From positions 16,230 through 48,229 of the forward strand of contig NZ_FUWK01000016.1 of the NCBI RefSeq assembly GCF_900167395.1: a DNA stretch of 32,000 nt, read 5' to 3'. A program made the position numbers and the translations under genes. Below, piece after piece: positions 13,744-23,759 of the stretch. This DNA is from Nitrosomonas europaea. Its GTDB lineage: Bacteria; Pseudomonadota; Gammaproteobacteria; Burkholderiales; Nitrosomonadaceae. Below the pieces are notes generated by a model that ran no database searches, was not told the DNA's origin, and saw only the letters and a program-made list of their open reading frames with translations. Position 1 is the stretch's first letter. Each line of letters begins with the position of its first letter.

Positions 13744-15102
13744 TTACACCCCCTGCATGGCGTTGTATTCATCAGTGAAGAAAAACTTTTCCTCACCAAA
13801 AGCCGGTTTGAGGTCATCAAACCAGGTGGCCTCGGGATCGTATTTGGCAAAGAAAATGCGCTGTACCCAGTCGGGGTTGCGGCCCTGGATAAAGCGCAAG
13901 ATAAAGATTTTCTCGCCATTCAGCTCAACGATGCCCTGGATTTCCACCTTACCGGGACCGGCACTCATGGACGGGCCGCGTACCGTGCGTGCCAGTCCTG
14001 ATACTTGCTGGATGGCTTCACGGTAAATCTGGTAGGTGCGTTCCAGCGGTACTTCAAAGTAGCGTTTGGCACCGGTATCGCGCTCGACAAACATATAGTA
14101 GGGAATGATGCCCATGCCCACCTGCGTGCGCCACATTTTTGCCCAGACGGCCGGATCGTCATTGATGTTGCGCACAATCGGAGCCTGGGCGCGGATCACC
14201 ACGCCTGCCGCACGGATGCGCCTGACCGCCTCACGCACAATGGGTGTATCCATTTCACGCCAGTGATTGAAGTGCGCCATCAGGGCCACGTGCTTGCCTG
14301 CTTTTACCAGCCGCTCCAGCAGCGCCAGCAGCTCGTGCGCATCCTCGTCGGTGACATAGCGCTGCGGCCAGAAGGTCAGCGACTTGGTGCCAATGCGAAT
14401 GTTCTGCACATGTTCCAGCGCCGGGCGCAGCATGGCTTCCAGATAAGCTTTCAGGTGGTGGGTTTTCATCACCATGGGATCACCACCGGTCATCAGCAGA
14501 TCGGTAACATCCTTGTGGCCAGCCAGATACTTGTGCAGGTTGCCGGCTTCATTGCTGGCAAAGCGCAGCTCCTTGTCGCCGATAAACTGCGCCCAGCGGA
14601 AGCAGAAGGTGCAATAGCTATGACACACCTGCCCCTGGCTGGGGAAGAACAGCACGGTTTCGCGGTATTTGTGCTGTGTGCCCGGCAGAGGCTCGCCGTG
14701 AAAAACCGGCACATTCATTTCCTGCTGTCCGGCAGGATGGGGGTTCAGTTTGCTGCGAATATCGACAGCAATCGCCTGGATCTCGCTGCGTTGCGCATCG
14801 CGACGCAATGCTTCGGCCATACGCTCGAAATCCTCCGGTTCCAGCATGTTGCGCTGGGGGAAGGTGAGCTGGAAAACAGGATCTGCCGGTATGTTGTTCC
14901 AGTCAATCAGTTCGTCAATCACATATTGGTTGACACGAAACGGCAGAACATTGGCCACTACATGCATTTCGAAACGCTGCTCTTTCGTGAACCTCTCCAG
15001 CGGCCTGATTTTGTCCAGTTGCCGCTCGGTATATACCTGGAACCGAGTATTTTGAGTCAATGCTTCATGACCCGGAGCCATTATTTTTATAGCATGATTC
15101 AT
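13744..15102 (-). CDS. KamA-family radical SAM protein (lysine 2,3-aminomutase-like)
   Basis: Radical-SAM cluster motif CHSYCTFCFRW in KamA-type context (...LFFPSQGQVCHSYC..., LLMTGGDPMVM, IRIGTK). SD GGAGA lies 6 nt before ATG 15102. The 63 upstream codons of the ORF-track call (to 15291) look non-coding. Confidence 0.85.
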   Translation of the reverse strand: MNHAIKIMAPGHEALTQNTRFQVYTERQLDKIRPLERFTKEQRFEMHVVANVLPFRVNQYVIDELIDWNNIPADPVFQLTFPQRNMLEPEDFERMAEALRRDAQRSEIQAIAVDIRSKLNPHPAGQQEMNVPVFHGEPLPGTQHKYRETVLFFPSQGQVCHSYCTFCFRWAQFIGDKELRFASNEAGNLHKYLAGHKDVTDLLMTGGDPMVMKTHHLKAYLEAMLRPALEHVQNIRIGTKSLTFWPQRYVTDEDAHELLALLERLVKAGKHVALMAHFNHWREMDTPIVREAVRRIRAAGVVIRAQAPIVRNINDDPAVWAKMWRTQVGMGIIPYYMFVERDTGAKRYFEVPLERTYQIYREAIQQVSGLARTVRGPSMSAGPGKVEIQGIVELNGEKIFILRFIQGRNPDWVQRIFFAKYDPEATWFDDLKPAFGEEKFFFTDEYNAMQGV

Positions 15103-15421
15103 GGGTTTCTCCACTCTACGCAAGTGCCCCTGAAGCCTTGATGCGGCACTCGCTTGGATTGGGTCCCCGCAGGGAAGACAATTACCCGGGACGGCCGGGC
15201 AATAAAAAGCAACATCGACAACCCGGGTTGCCGCAATCGCCTGATACATGGAATCAATTCCACAAAGCTCGGAAAGTATCCGAAAAGGCATCTTTCCTGA
15301 GAAAGGACGGGAAGGGTAAATTATTTTTTGTCTTGACTCAAATTTTTCTGCACTATTTTTCCTGTCAGACCGATATCATACAGCCTGGTTTTTATCGAGT
15401 TGATATCTCCTCTCCTCCCTC

Positions 15422-15708
15422 TCACCTATGGCCCGCCTTATCGAGGACGATCATTCAAACCTCATCGGTTTGGCCGGAGTCTTGCCGCGGAGCTGGTTGA
15501 TTTGCTCCGCTTCGGCGTCACAGTCAACCCTCCTGCTTCGCGGGCGATGGATGTTAGCAGAGAACCGAATTTCAGACGGCTCTCAGGTTTTACTGTCTGC
15601 TCCAGGATATAACGGATTTCAGCTTCGGCACTATGCGTGCATGGCAGCACGAATCCGAATCACGCGACGTACCACGTCCGGGACATTGCGAATGGTGATG
15701 GATGGCAT
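15422..15708 (-). pseudogene. decayed FitA/VapB-type RHH antitoxin (two frameshifts) plus 10-codon stub of its PIN toxin
   Basis: Frame A gives MPSITIRNVPDVVRRVIRIRAAMHA* (15708-15631). Frame +1 continues HSAEAEIRYILEQTVKPESRLKFGSLLTSIAREAGG. The tail returns to frame A: ...AEAEQINQLRGKTPAKPMRFE* (stop 15451-15453). An ATGA overlap then opens MIVLDKAGHR* (15454-15422), which resembles only the first 5 aa of PIN toxins (MI.LDTN). Confidence 0.55.
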
Positions 15709-15912
15709 CGTGTTCATCCTGCCGCAATACATGCAAATGCAGCGTTATATATCAATGAAAAGCATCGCTGCTATTTTGATATATGAGCAGCAATTACTTA
15801 CACGAGCCCATGAACAACTTCAGCAAGATCTATATCGCACCTGGCAAATCAGGTAAGACTATGGTTCAGCAAAACTGGCGAAAGGGGATAATCCGCCTGG
15901 GGCATTCTGCAT

Positions 15913-16152
15913 TTAAGTACGTTCGTACCCTGAATTCAGGAAGTAATTTCTGCATTCATATGCTGAGAAGAGCGGCAGTATGCTGCCGATTGTTTTTCAC
16001 AAAGCATCGAATGACCTTGCCATGGCCTTTCTCAAAAGGTCCTTGAATTTCGCAAAGACCTGTTCGATAGGATTGCGGTCTGGAGAATACGGTGACAGGT
16101 AAAGGATACGAGCGCCTCTGGCTTCAATGAGTTGTTCTTTGATCGAATCCAT
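15913..16152 (-). pseudogene. IS630-family transposase, C-terminal remnant with in-frame TGA
   Basis: Translation DSIKEQLIEARGARILYLSPYSPDRNPIEQVFAKFKDLLRKAMARSFDAL*KTIGSILPLFSAYECRNYFLNSGYERT* matches the conserved IS630 end (..LPPYSPDLNPIE..FAKLK..LRKA....DALW..IG....F...EC.NYF...GY). The TGA at 15997-15999 sits where Trp is expected. The N-terminal ~270 aa are absent. Confidence 0.7.
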
Positions 16153-16153
16153 C

Positions 16154-19100
16154 TCACCCTTTGATCAGGCGTTCGATATGGTACAGCAACTCTTCCTCCT
16201 GATAAGGCTTGCCCATGAATTCATTCACACCCAGTTCTTCCGCCACCTTACGGTGCTTGTCCGCAGTGCGTGAAGAAATGATGATGATCGGGAGGGTATG
16301 CAGTTGCGGGTTGTCACGCACCGCCCGAATCAGCTCAAAACCATCCATGTGCGGCATTTCGATATCGACCAGCATGATCGCGGGTGTCGTTTCACGCAGC
16401 AGCTGCAGTGCTCCCACACCATCCTTGGCAATCAGGATTTCATAGCCCTGCCGCTCCAGCAGGCGACTGGTGACTTTGCGTACCGTCAGTGAATCATCGA
16501 CGATCATCACGACCGGTGCAATAGCAGAAGGATGGATATCCGAGGCATTGACCGGTGCAACCGGCCCTGCAGACAGCAGCTCCTGCACCTGCTCGCGCTG
16601 CAGCAGCCTGATCGGGTCGATGATCAGCACAACACTGCCATCCCCCGTGATGGTGGCGCCTTCGATGCCTGGTGCACGAGACAGTTGCGGACCGACGTTC
16701 TTGACCACCACCTCGCACTGGCCGACCAGTGCATCGGCATGAACAGCCAGTCGTTCATGCCCTGCCTGTAACAACACGATACGGTTATGGCGCCGGATTT
16801 CAGGAAAAGTATGCGGCACACCCAGCAGATGCGGCAGATAGATCAGCGGGAAGCGATCATCATTCCATGTCAGATGATGTTCCCGGTAAGCCATACCCAG
16901 TGTTTCTGAATTCATTTCCAGCACATGTACCACGTTCGCAGCCGGAATGGCATAGGTGCTGTCGGCTGCTCTGACCATCAGCGCCTGCGTTACCGCCAGG
17001 GTCACCGGCAGACGCAGCGTAAAGGTGACACCCCGGTTCTTTTCCGAGGTCACGGTAATATTGCCGCCAATCTCGCCCAGCTCGTTTCTGACGATATCGA
17101 GGCCGACTCCCCGCCCTGCCATATCCGTCACATTATCCAGCGTGGAAAATCCATGTGTGAAGATCAGCGGATACCACTGTTCATCATTCTGTGCATTTTC
17201 CGGATCATCCAGGCCAAGCTGGTGTGCTTTGTCACGGATACGCCCGGCATCCAGCCCGATACCATCATCCCGCAATACCATGACGATTTCGCTGCCTTCC
17301 TGATGCAGATCGAGTGTGATCTGCCCGGTTTCCACCTTGCCGGCCTGCAGGCGTTCTTGCGGTGTCTCGATGCCATGCACCAGCGCGTTACGCAGTAAAT
17401 GTTCCAGTGGAGAGCCTATTTTATCGATCACACTCCGGTCGAGTTCGATATCCTCTCCCTGAATCGTCAGGCTGGCCTGTTTGCCGGTATCTTTTGCCGC
17501 CTGTCTGACCACACGGTAGAGACGCTCAGAATAATGTCTGAATGGAACGGTACGAATATGGACCAGATCCTGCTGTAAACGGCGATTCAGATGTGCCTGC
17601 TGATCCACTGCCATATCAGCAGCCCGCCGCATTTCACGCAGGCTTTTATGGATGGTGACCACATCGTCCATACTTTCTGCCATCAGCCGGGTCAATTCCT
17701 GGAAACGTGTGAAATGATCCAGCTCCAGCGGGTCGAAATCAGCCTCATCGGTTACCGAAGGCAGCGCGCCGGAGGGAATCCGGGTTTCAGCCAGCAACTC
17801 GATTTCACGCAACTGACCACGCATACGATCCACACTTTCACCCAGATCCTGCAGAGACTGCTCCAGATCATACAACTGCGCTTCGATGCGGGAACGGATG
17901 AGGCTCGACTCTCCCGATTCGTTGATCAGGCGATCTATCAGCTCCGCATCGACCCGCAGAACTGTTTTGCGCACAGGCTGATCGTCCTCTGCAATTACGG
18001 GGAAAACGGGAAGATCCGGTCGTATCCCGGTTTCCTCAATCGGCGAAACAGGCTGCGGCACGGGTTGTAGGGAGGATCTCAACTGTTCGATATCATCCAG
18101 GATGGTATCGAATCGGCTTTCAAGCCGATCGAGCAGTGCTGCTGGCACAGCCTGGTCGTATGTAGACTCGATATCGCTTTCCATCTGGTGCGCCTGATCA
18201 CTTACCTGCAGTGCGCCAGCAATGCGAGCACTGCCTTTCAGTGTATGTAATGCACGCAATACCGCCTTGCGTGCAGCCACCTGCTCAGGCTGTCTGCGCC
18301 ATGCCCGCAGATTCGTTCCAATTTCGGATTGCAGTTCCTGTGCTTCTTCGAGAAACACTTCCAGCAATTCCCGATCCACACCAGTGGATTCAGCCTCGGT
18401 TTCAGTCGACTGAACTGGTGAAACCGGCAACGTAACAGCAGATTCCTGTAACAGGACAGGAGCGATTTCCGCCAGAATTTCACTCGCCTGCAGCTCGGCA
18501 GATTCAGGTTTGATACATTCAGATTCAGCCGGCTCCGTTTCAGGCATTTGAGCCGACACTTCTTCCAGAAGACGTGCCAGCTCGTTCGTCGTTTCTTCCC
18601 CTGCCTGTAATGTTTCAATCGAGGGATACTGATGATTGCGGATGGCCGTCACCATGTCATCCAGCAAATTTACGGCCGCCGTCATGTGAGGCAGTATCTG
18701 TGGTCCCGGCATACCTGAAGTCATCAGCAGGCGATTGAACCAGCGTTCCAGCACTTGTCCGGTCTGTGCGATGAAATCCAGCTCCAGTGCGCGTGCGGTG
18801 CTGGTCAGAGTATGCGCCGCCAGCATCGACTCATGGGAAATCGACAGAATGGTATTACCTTCGGACAACCCAAGCGCCTGCTTGAGAGTATCAACATGGG
18901 TGCTGGCTTCCTTGATGAAAATGCTGAACAGCTCGGCCGGTACTTCGATCTTCCCGATTTGCACCATCGTTTCGGTTACAGACTCAGCTTCCGCAGCAGA
19001 GGGAGATACAACGGGTTCCACGGTCCATTCAAGACTCGTTTCCTGCTCAGGCACGGCAGACAGAGGGAGTACAGGAATCGTAGCGTCCATGGCCGTCTGT

Positions 19101-21295
19101 TCTTCCGTGCCGTACATCATTTCCCTGATCCGATCGAGCAAGTGCTGCGCCCTGATTTCTGCGGTACCGTTCTTTTTCAGGCTGGCACACCAGTTGCAGA
19201 ACTGTCTGTGGCTTTCCGCCAGCAAATCCAGAAGTTCACCGGTTGCCGGTTTCTGCTCACTCAACCAGCGGTTCATGAGTTGCTCGATACGCCATGCCAC
19301 TTCGCTCAACGCTTCCAGTTTCACCATGCGGCCACTACCCTTGAGAGTATGAAAGTCGCGGCGAATGGCGGTCAGTGCAGCCAGATCCAGATGATCGCCG
19401 TAACAGGCTTCCAGGTGTGCTGCGATACTTGCCAGCACATCAGTGGATTCATCGAGAAAAATCGCCAGCAGTTCGGGGTCGTACAGCTGATCCGTGGCGG
19501 CTTCAGATGGCATTTCAGGAGCCGTGAGTGCCGGTTCGGCAGAGATTGCCGGAATATCTGTTGACAGAGATTGCCCGGCCAGCTTCTGATTGAACTGATT
19601 GATCGTCGCAGTAAGAATTTCCTCGGAATCCGACTGGGCATTTCTGAGTGCTTCGATATAAAAACCGAGGCCACTCAGCGCATCGGCCAGCAGAATCTGT
19701 TCGGCCTGATCCAGTGGCCGATTCGGATCAGTCAGTTTTTCAACGAGATCGCGACATGAATCGAGCAGTGTACCGGCCCGATCCAGTCCGAGCATGAGCA
19801 ATACCCCGCTGATCTGGTTGAACAGTTCCGGCAGAACCGGCAGATCGTTCCGTATTTCCGGTTCAAAAAAGAAGCGATCGAGGATATCTTCGACTTGAGC
19901 CAGGTTGGTGAGCACTTCCTGCGCCACCTGCTTGAGCAGCTTCTTCTCCTGGGCGAGGTGCCCTGCCTGATCCGGGCTGGGCAGATCGGGCAAATCGTCT
20001 TCATTTCCCTTTCCGGTGGTCACCGCACGGATGCGGGTAGCAAGCACCTCGACCTGGGCCGGAAATTCCGGTGACAACCGATGGAAATTGTCGATGGCAT
20101 TCTCGGTCAGCAACAGGGATGAAGCAATGTCGAGCGCAATCCCCTCATTCATGCTCTGCGGGCGAATACGCAAATAGGACAAGGCGCCATGGATGACACC
20201 CGCCAGTTTCTCCAGCGGTGGACAATTCACCCGTGCAGCCTGGGTTCTGAACCGTTCGACGAGTGCCAGCAGTGAGGAGAGATTTTCCTGATCCTCGGCG
20301 TTGAATCTGCGCCACCGGTCGTTGATGTCCTCCAGCAGAACACGCATATTCTGCAGATCCGAAGCAGTTGCCTCTTCGTCCAGGATGGATTCGTCGAGAT
20401 GCTCCCGGTTGTCTATCGTGGACAGAGGAATCTGCCAGTCATAAACGCGCCCGATTTCCTGCAGACGCTCACTCACCGGCTGGCTGCGAGCTACCCGATA
20501 AAGCAGTTCTCTCGTCAGACGATCAGCAACGGTATGCGATTCCTTGTTCAGATGCCTGATTTCCTGCTCGATCTTGCCGCATAATCTGCGGGCCGATTTA
20601 TCGGCGGCCTGTACCTGATGAAGCAAACTGTCCAGAAACCCCGAAGAGATCCACCAGAATTTTCGCTGCTCGATGGGAGCGGGCAGTTTCTCGACCGAAC
20701 GCACAGCTTCTACCATTTTCTGCAGACTGTGTCTGTCTTCCGCATTTTTCAGCCAGCTCAACAGACCTGACTGGAATTGTGCACGCGCCTGTTTGGCGGC
20801 CTCCTGCCGGGAGGAATCATCCAGATCCGGCTCCACCGGCTGTAACGGTAACGATTCGCGCACATCCGGGAAAAACAGATCACTTTCGGAAATTTCTTCC
20901 AGCCCCTGTATCTGCATGATTTTCCGGTAGACCGGGAACAGTCTGACCGGGTTATCCGTCTCACCATCGATCAGCGCATCCAGATAACGATAAATGGAAC
21001 GGATTGCCTGCCGGGTGACGGTCAGCACTTCCGTATCCGGCTCGGTACGCCGTTCCTGCAAGGCAGTGAGCAACGCTTCCACATTATGACCGACGAACGC
21101 AACGCCATTCAGCTCCAGCATTTCCAGCATGCCATTCAGCTGATGCATGTAGTAGCGGCATTCTTCGATCTGTCTGGTATCGTCGGTATCCGTGGCATAG
21201 GAATCAAAATGACGATGGATCAGGGTAAAAATCTGCTCGATGGCTTCTCTGATCCCCATGACGGATGAGATGTTTATCCTGGTTGCAGTGTTCAT
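16154..21295 (-). CDS. chpA: ChpA/PilL-type hybrid chemosensory histidine kinase (multi-Hpt CheA with CheW-like and receiver domains)
   Basis: Hpt motifs YMHQLNGMLEML, FHTLKGSGRMV, LHTLKGSARIAG and AAHTLTSTARAL. HATPase boxes LLRNALVHGIE, DDGIGLD and GRGVGLDIV. CheW-like segment ALMVRAADSTYAIPAANVVHV. C-terminal receiver VVMIVDDSLTVRK...MLVDIEMPHMDGFEL...GKPY. Confidence 0.93.
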   Translation of the reverse strand: MNTATRINISSVMGIREAIEQIFTLIHRHFDSYATDTDDTRQIEECRYYMHQLNGMLEMLELNGVAFVGHNVEALLTALQERRTEPDTEVLTVTRQAIRSIYRYLDALIDGETDNPVRLFPVYRKIMQIQGLEEISESDLFFPDVRESLPLQPVEPDLDDSSRQEAAKQARAQFQSGLLSWLKNAEDRHSLQKMVEAVRSVEKLPAPIEQRKFWWISSGFLDSLLHQVQAADKSARRLCGKIEQEIRHLNKESHTVADRLTRELLYRVARSQPVSERLQEIGRVYDWQIPLSTIDNREHLDESILDEEATASDLQNMRVLLEDINDRWRRFNAEDQENLSSLLALVERFRTQAARVNCPPLEKLAGVIHGALSYLRIRPQSMNEGIALDIASSLLLTENAIDNFHRLSPEFPAQVEVLATRIRAVTTGKGNEDDLPDLPSPDQAGHLAQEKKLLKQVAQEVLTNLAQVEDILDRFFFEPEIRNDLPVLPELFNQISGVLLMLGLDRAGTLLDSCRDLVEKLTDPNRPLDQAEQILLADALSGLGFYIEALRNAQSDSEEILTATINQFNQKLAGQSLSTDIPAISAEPALTAPEMPSEAATDQLYDPELLAIFLDESTDVLASIAAHLEACYGDHLDLAALTAIRRDFHTLKGSGRMVKLEALSEVAWRIEQLMNRWLSEQKPATGELLDLLAESHRQFCNWCASLKKNGTAEIRAQHLLDRIREMMYGTEEQTAMDATIPVLPLSAVPEQETSLEWTVEPVVSPSAAEAESVTETMVQIGKIEVPAELFSIFIKEASTHVDTLKQALGLSEGNTILSISHESMLAAHTLTSTARALELDFIAQTGQVLERWFNRLLMTSGMPGPQILPHMTAAVNLLDDMVTAIRNHQYPSIETLQAGEETTNELARLLEEVSAQMPETEPAESECIKPESAELQASEILAEIAPVLLQESAVTLPVSPVQSTETEAESTGVDRELLEVFLEEAQELQSEIGTNLRAWRRQPEQVAARKAVLRALHTLKGSARIAGALQVSDQAHQMESDIESTYDQAVPAALLDRLESRFDTILDDIEQLRSSLQPVPQPVSPIEETGIRPDLPVFPVIAEDDQPVRKTVLRVDAELIDRLINESGESSLIRSRIEAQLYDLEQSLQDLGESVDRMRGQLREIELLAETRIPSGALPSVTDEADFDPLELDHFTRFQELTRLMAESMDDVVTIHKSLREMRRAADMAVDQQAHLNRRLQQDLVHIRTVPFRHYSERLYRVVRQAAKDTGKQASLTIQGEDIELDRSVIDKIGSPLEHLLRNALVHGIETPQERLQAGKVETGQITLDLHQEGSEIVMVLRDDGIGLDAGRIRDKAHQLGLDDPENAQNDEQWYPLIFTHGFSTLDNVTDMAGRGVGLDIVRNELGEIGGNITVTSEKNRGVTFTLRLPVTLAVTQALMVRAADSTYAIPAANVVHVLEMNSETLGMAYREHHLTWNDDRFPLIYLPHLLGVPHTFPEIRRHNRIVLLQAGHERLAVHADALVGQCEVVVKNVGPQLSRAPGIEGATITGDGSVVLIIDPIRLLQREQVQELLSAGPVAPVNASDIHPSAIAPVVMIVDDSLTVRKVTSRLLERQGYEILIAKDGVGALQLLRETTPAIMLVDIEMPHMDGFELIRAVRDNPQLHTLPIIIISSRTADKHRKVAEELGVNEFMGKPYQEEELLYHIERLIKG

Positions 21296-21368
21296 GATGC
21301 GGCCTTATTGAGTCCTGAGGTTGATAACATTTCTGCTTTGTTGGAGCGTGAGTGTGCAGGTTACGCTG

Positions 21369-23429
21369 TCACACCTTGAAACTGGCGACGGATGATTTCA
21401 AGTCAGTGACATGTTCGGTGATCTGTTTGATGGAATCAGCATTCTGCTGGGTACCGCGGGAGGTTTGACGGGTAATGGACAAAATATCCTCCATACTTTT
21501 GGCTACCTTGTTGGAAACACGGGTTTGCTTGTGTGTCGCTTCGGTAATTCGAATCACCAGTTGCGCCAGGCGCTTCGACACCGTTTCGATTTCTTCCAGA
21601 GCACTTCCCGTGGTATTGGCGCGCCTTGCACCTTCAACCACCCCTGCCGTACTGCGCTCCATCGCAATGATGGTGTCCTGCGCATCCCCCCGGATGTTGC
21701 GAATCAGCGTACTGATCTGCCGGGTTGCTTCGGCCGAGTGTTCGGCCAGTCGCTGTATTTCCTGAGCAATGACAGAGAACCCTTTTCCGGCATCACCCGC
21801 TGCCGTTGCCTGGATAGAAGCATTCAGCGCCAGGATATTGGTCTGCTCGGTAATATCTGAAATCAAGGTGACGATCTCACCGATCTCCTGGGAGCTTTCT
21901 CCCAGCCGCTTGATCCGTTTGGAGGTTTCCTGGATGTAAACCCGGATTTCGTTCATACCGGCCATGGCATCCTGAACGGCATTGGCACCACTCTCTGCTG
22001 CATGCAGCGTTTGTCTGGCCACATCCGCGCATTCTTCCGCCGAGCCGGATACTGCCTCCAGCGATTCGGCGATTCCCAGTACGGCAACCGTGGCATCTTC
22101 GATTTTGCCTGCCTGTTCCCGGGTGGCATCCAGCAAATCGGATGAAATACTCTCTGCCTGGTGGGAAGCGCTCATTACCTGAGAACTGGCGTGATTCACT
22201 TTCCTGACCAGTTCCTGCAATGCCTCGATGGTCAGGTTGATCGAATCGGCAATCGTGCCGGTAATATCTTCGGTGACGGACATCCGGGCAGTCAGATCGC
22301 CTCCTGCCGGTATCTCCATTTCATCGAGCAGACGCAGTATCGCCTTCTGGGTGGTTTCGACATTTTGTTCACCCTGGTGGATATGCTTGCGCAAACTGGT
22401 GGAAAACAGATGAATGAATACCAGACCGCTGATGATGGTCAGTACGGCCGTCAGATAAAACAGCACGGTTGTGAGCATGCCTGCATTATTGTTGTGCTCA
22501 GTGATTGCCTGTTCGATCTGGCTGACCAGTGTCGACAAGCTGTCGCTGGCTGAGAAAGTCTCATGTATTGCATGCCAGGCGCCGGTTACTTCCGGTGTCA
22601 GTCTCTGAGCAACACGCAAAAGATCTTCCAGTGCATTGAACTGGACACGAATCTGGGACAGTGTCCCGGAAGAAAGCTGATTGCCCTGCACAGTCGAATA
22701 CAGCCAATCCCGCCCTTTTATCAACGTTTGGATCATCCCGGTTATCTGTTCAGATTCAACTGACTGCTGATCCGCCGTGCTGGAAACCTGGAACCCGCCC
22801 TCTATCAGAGAACGGACACTGCCGGTAATGAACTGGACAAGAATTTTTACGGTTTCGACTGCTACTGCCTGGTTGGATGCGTGCCCTGTCTGTGTCAGTT
22901 CGACAGAGAATTCCTGCAACTTTTTTTGCAAACCATGATTGACCAGATCCACCCGTTTCAGAATTTCTGCCAGACTGACCAGAGCCTCCCGGCTTTCCAG
23001 AATCTGACGAGCCCGATTCTCCTTGATGTGCAATGTGTTCCGGAATGTCTTGAACAAATCTGCTGGCAGTAGTTCAGCTATGGCCGGGAGAGTTTCCCGC
23101 TGATATTCCCCCCCGTATTGCAGCAAGGTTGCGTAATGATTCAACTGGTCGAGGTTATTGCGCAGTTGCACAAAAGCCTGCTCGTTACCGCGCAGCGCCT
23201 CCGGAGAAACAATGGTCAGGTGCTGGATATTGGCATGAATACGTCCGACTATTTCAAGCGAAGCAGTATGAGTGCGTGCCTGTTGAGTATCGATGCGCAG
23301 CATGATCAGAGCAATCGACAGAAACAGAACGGACAATACTCCGGAAAACCACGACTGGCGGAAGATCTGAAGATATCTGGTTACGGGGAGCAGTACAGTC
23401 ATATTGTTGGCATTGTTATAACCTGTCAT
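21369..23429 (-). CDS. pilJ: PilJ-type methyl-accepting chemotaxis protein
   Basis: N-terminal TM segment plus large periplasmic region, second TM, then the MCP signalling hairpin ...TNILALNASIQATAAGDAGKGFSVIAQEIQRLAEHSAEAT.... Located 73 nt upstream of chpA on the same strand. Confidence 0.9.
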   Translation of the reverse strand: MTGYNNANNMTVLLPVTRYLQIFRQSWFSGVLSVLFLSIALIMLRIDTQQARTHTASLEIVGRIHANIQHLTIVSPEALRGNEQAFVQLRNNLDQLNHYATLLQYGGEYQRETLPAIAELLPADLFKTFRNTLHIKENRARQILESREALVSLAEILKRVDLVNHGLQKKLQEFSVELTQTGHASNQAVAVETVKILVQFITGSVRSLIEGGFQVSSTADQQSVESEQITGMIQTLIKGRDWLYSTVQGNQLSSGTLSQIRVQFNALEDLLRVAQRLTPEVTGAWHAIHETFSASDSLSTLVSQIEQAITEHNNNAGMLTTVLFYLTAVLTIISGLVFIHLFSTSLRKHIHQGEQNVETTQKAILRLLDEMEIPAGGDLTARMSVTEDITGTIADSINLTIEALQELVRKVNHASSQVMSASHQAESISSDLLDATREQAGKIEDATVAVLGIAESLEAVSGSAEECADVARQTLHAAESGANAVQDAMAGMNEIRVYIQETSKRIKRLGESSQEIGEIVTLISDITEQTNILALNASIQATAAGDAGKGFSVIAQEIQRLAEHSAEATRQISTLIRNIRGDAQDTIIAMERSTAGVVEGARRANTTGSALEEIETVSKRLAQLVIRITEATHKQTRVSNKVAKSMEDILSITRQTSRGTQQNADSIKQITEHVTDLKSSVASFKV

Positions 23430-23759
23430 ACGCTGGAAATAAACCTCATCTTTAATGGAACTTCTGTCAGAACCACTCCCCCGGCATTCCAGCGAATTCC
23501 TGAAAAGCCGATATTATGATGACATAATTCCAGTGCGATAGGATAGTCGCAGCCTTTCGGGTACAAAAATCGGAAGAAATTCGTAAAACTCTTCTTTATC
23601 GTGCTTTTGAAACGAAGTGTTTCTATTCTGAAAAGCTGGTTGTGTCATCATCTAATGAAAACAGACAGGACGATGGGTTGCTATTAGCCAGATGAATAAA
23701 TGGAGAAGATGGCAACAGTCAATTTGCCTCACATGTTCCCTGAAAAAATAATCAGTTCT

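Noticed and set aside
13366-14001. 211-aa plus-strand ORF
   Set aside because: It starts in the AT-rich gap and reads antisense into the 3' end of the KamA-family gene. It has no SD and no motif.
14005-15141. 378-aa plus-strand ORF
   Set aside because: It lies entirely antisense to the KamA-family gene, which carries an unambiguous radical-SAM motif. The product is low-complexity and His/Arg-rich with no motif, typical of a shadow ORF.
15428-15856. 142-aa plus-strand ORF
   Set aside because: It is antisense to the FitA-like antitoxin remnant and has no SD or motif. The region is better explained as decayed mobile DNA.
18735-19564. 205-aa and 269-aa plus-strand ORFs
   Set aside because: They are antisense shadow ORFs inside chpA. 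The minus-strand frame carries Hpt and kinase motifs continuously across this region.
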